Assembly (NCBI GenBank): GCA_010015585.1
Contig: ML975154.1
DNA length: 64,000 bases
DNA from: Eremomyces bilateralis CBS 781.70
Taxonomy: Eukaryota
Strand: one strand, 5' to 3'
Shown here: piece by piece, positions 63,529-64,000 of the stretch
Position numbering within the stretch: the first letter of the stretch is position 1
Layout: every line of letters starts with the position of its first letter
Made by a program: the position numbers and the translations under genes
Notes under the pieces: model-generated
The model's input: the letters and a program-made list of their open reading frames with translations, nothing else
Told to the model about the DNA's origin: nothing
Databases searched by the model: none

Positions 63529-64000
63529 ATGGCCACTCGGGCTCAGCAGATGCAGAGAGCCCGCCCCGGCGACATCCTAATCGTTATCCGTACGTACGGC
63601 CCAATATCACCGTGGCGGACCCGAACGCCAACCCCACTCCTCAAATCTTGAGCGCAACCGGTGTGCTGACTTCCTGGGTATGCAGATGACTTCGAAGCGC
63701 GAACACCGGACGAGCTCGGTCTGTCCAAAGGTGATAGGATAGAGTTGCTCGTGCGGGACGATGATTTTGGAGATGGCTGGTTCCTGGGGAAGCACACATT
63801 AAACGGCTTAGAAGGGCTGTTTCCGGAGGGTAAGCGATCCGATTATTGACGGAGTCTTTGCGGTCCTGACGAAATGTCAAAGTCTATACAACTCCTTGGC
63901 CAAGCCAGCAGGTCACTCGAAATAGTCTTCCACCCCGCAAATCCGAACCCGCAGTTCCGGCAGAAGATACCGATAGCCACAACGAGAAGACGTTGCCGGT
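63529..64000 (+). CDS. SH3-domain polarity protein, Boi1/Boi2-like (5' end; runs off window)
   Basis: MATRAQQMQRARPGDILIVIH|DFEARTPDELGLSKGDRIEL..DDDFGDGWFLGKH..GLFPEV|YT; two GT-AG introns. Confidence 0.85.

Overview
Gene-dense, intron-containing DNA from a filamentous ascomycete (Pezizomycotina; Dothideomycete-like by the laeA sequence, not proven). About 17 apparently intact genes, mostly conserved: Ste23/insulysin, a hypothetical protein, a PDK/BCKD kinase, UBP15/USP7, a p24 cargo receptor, NSA2, GH105, a DnaJ protein, an RMD8-like DUF155 protein, a secreted Pro/Thr-rich protein, laeA, an MBL-like protein, CAF-1 subunit A, SPO11, HSP20, an SP-RING protein and a Boi-like SH3 protein. There is one complete Fot1/pogo DNA transposon (50-bp perfect TIRs, TA duplication) just upstream of laeA, possibly inside a long 5'-UTR intron. 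Three genes are disrupted: a DAL5-family transporter paired head-to-head with GH105, an F-box gene, and a HeLo-like/SesA-type + five-repeat protein split by one TAG. No tRNA, rRNA or CRISPR array was found. Gene models were spliced by eye and family calls come from motif recognition, not database searches.
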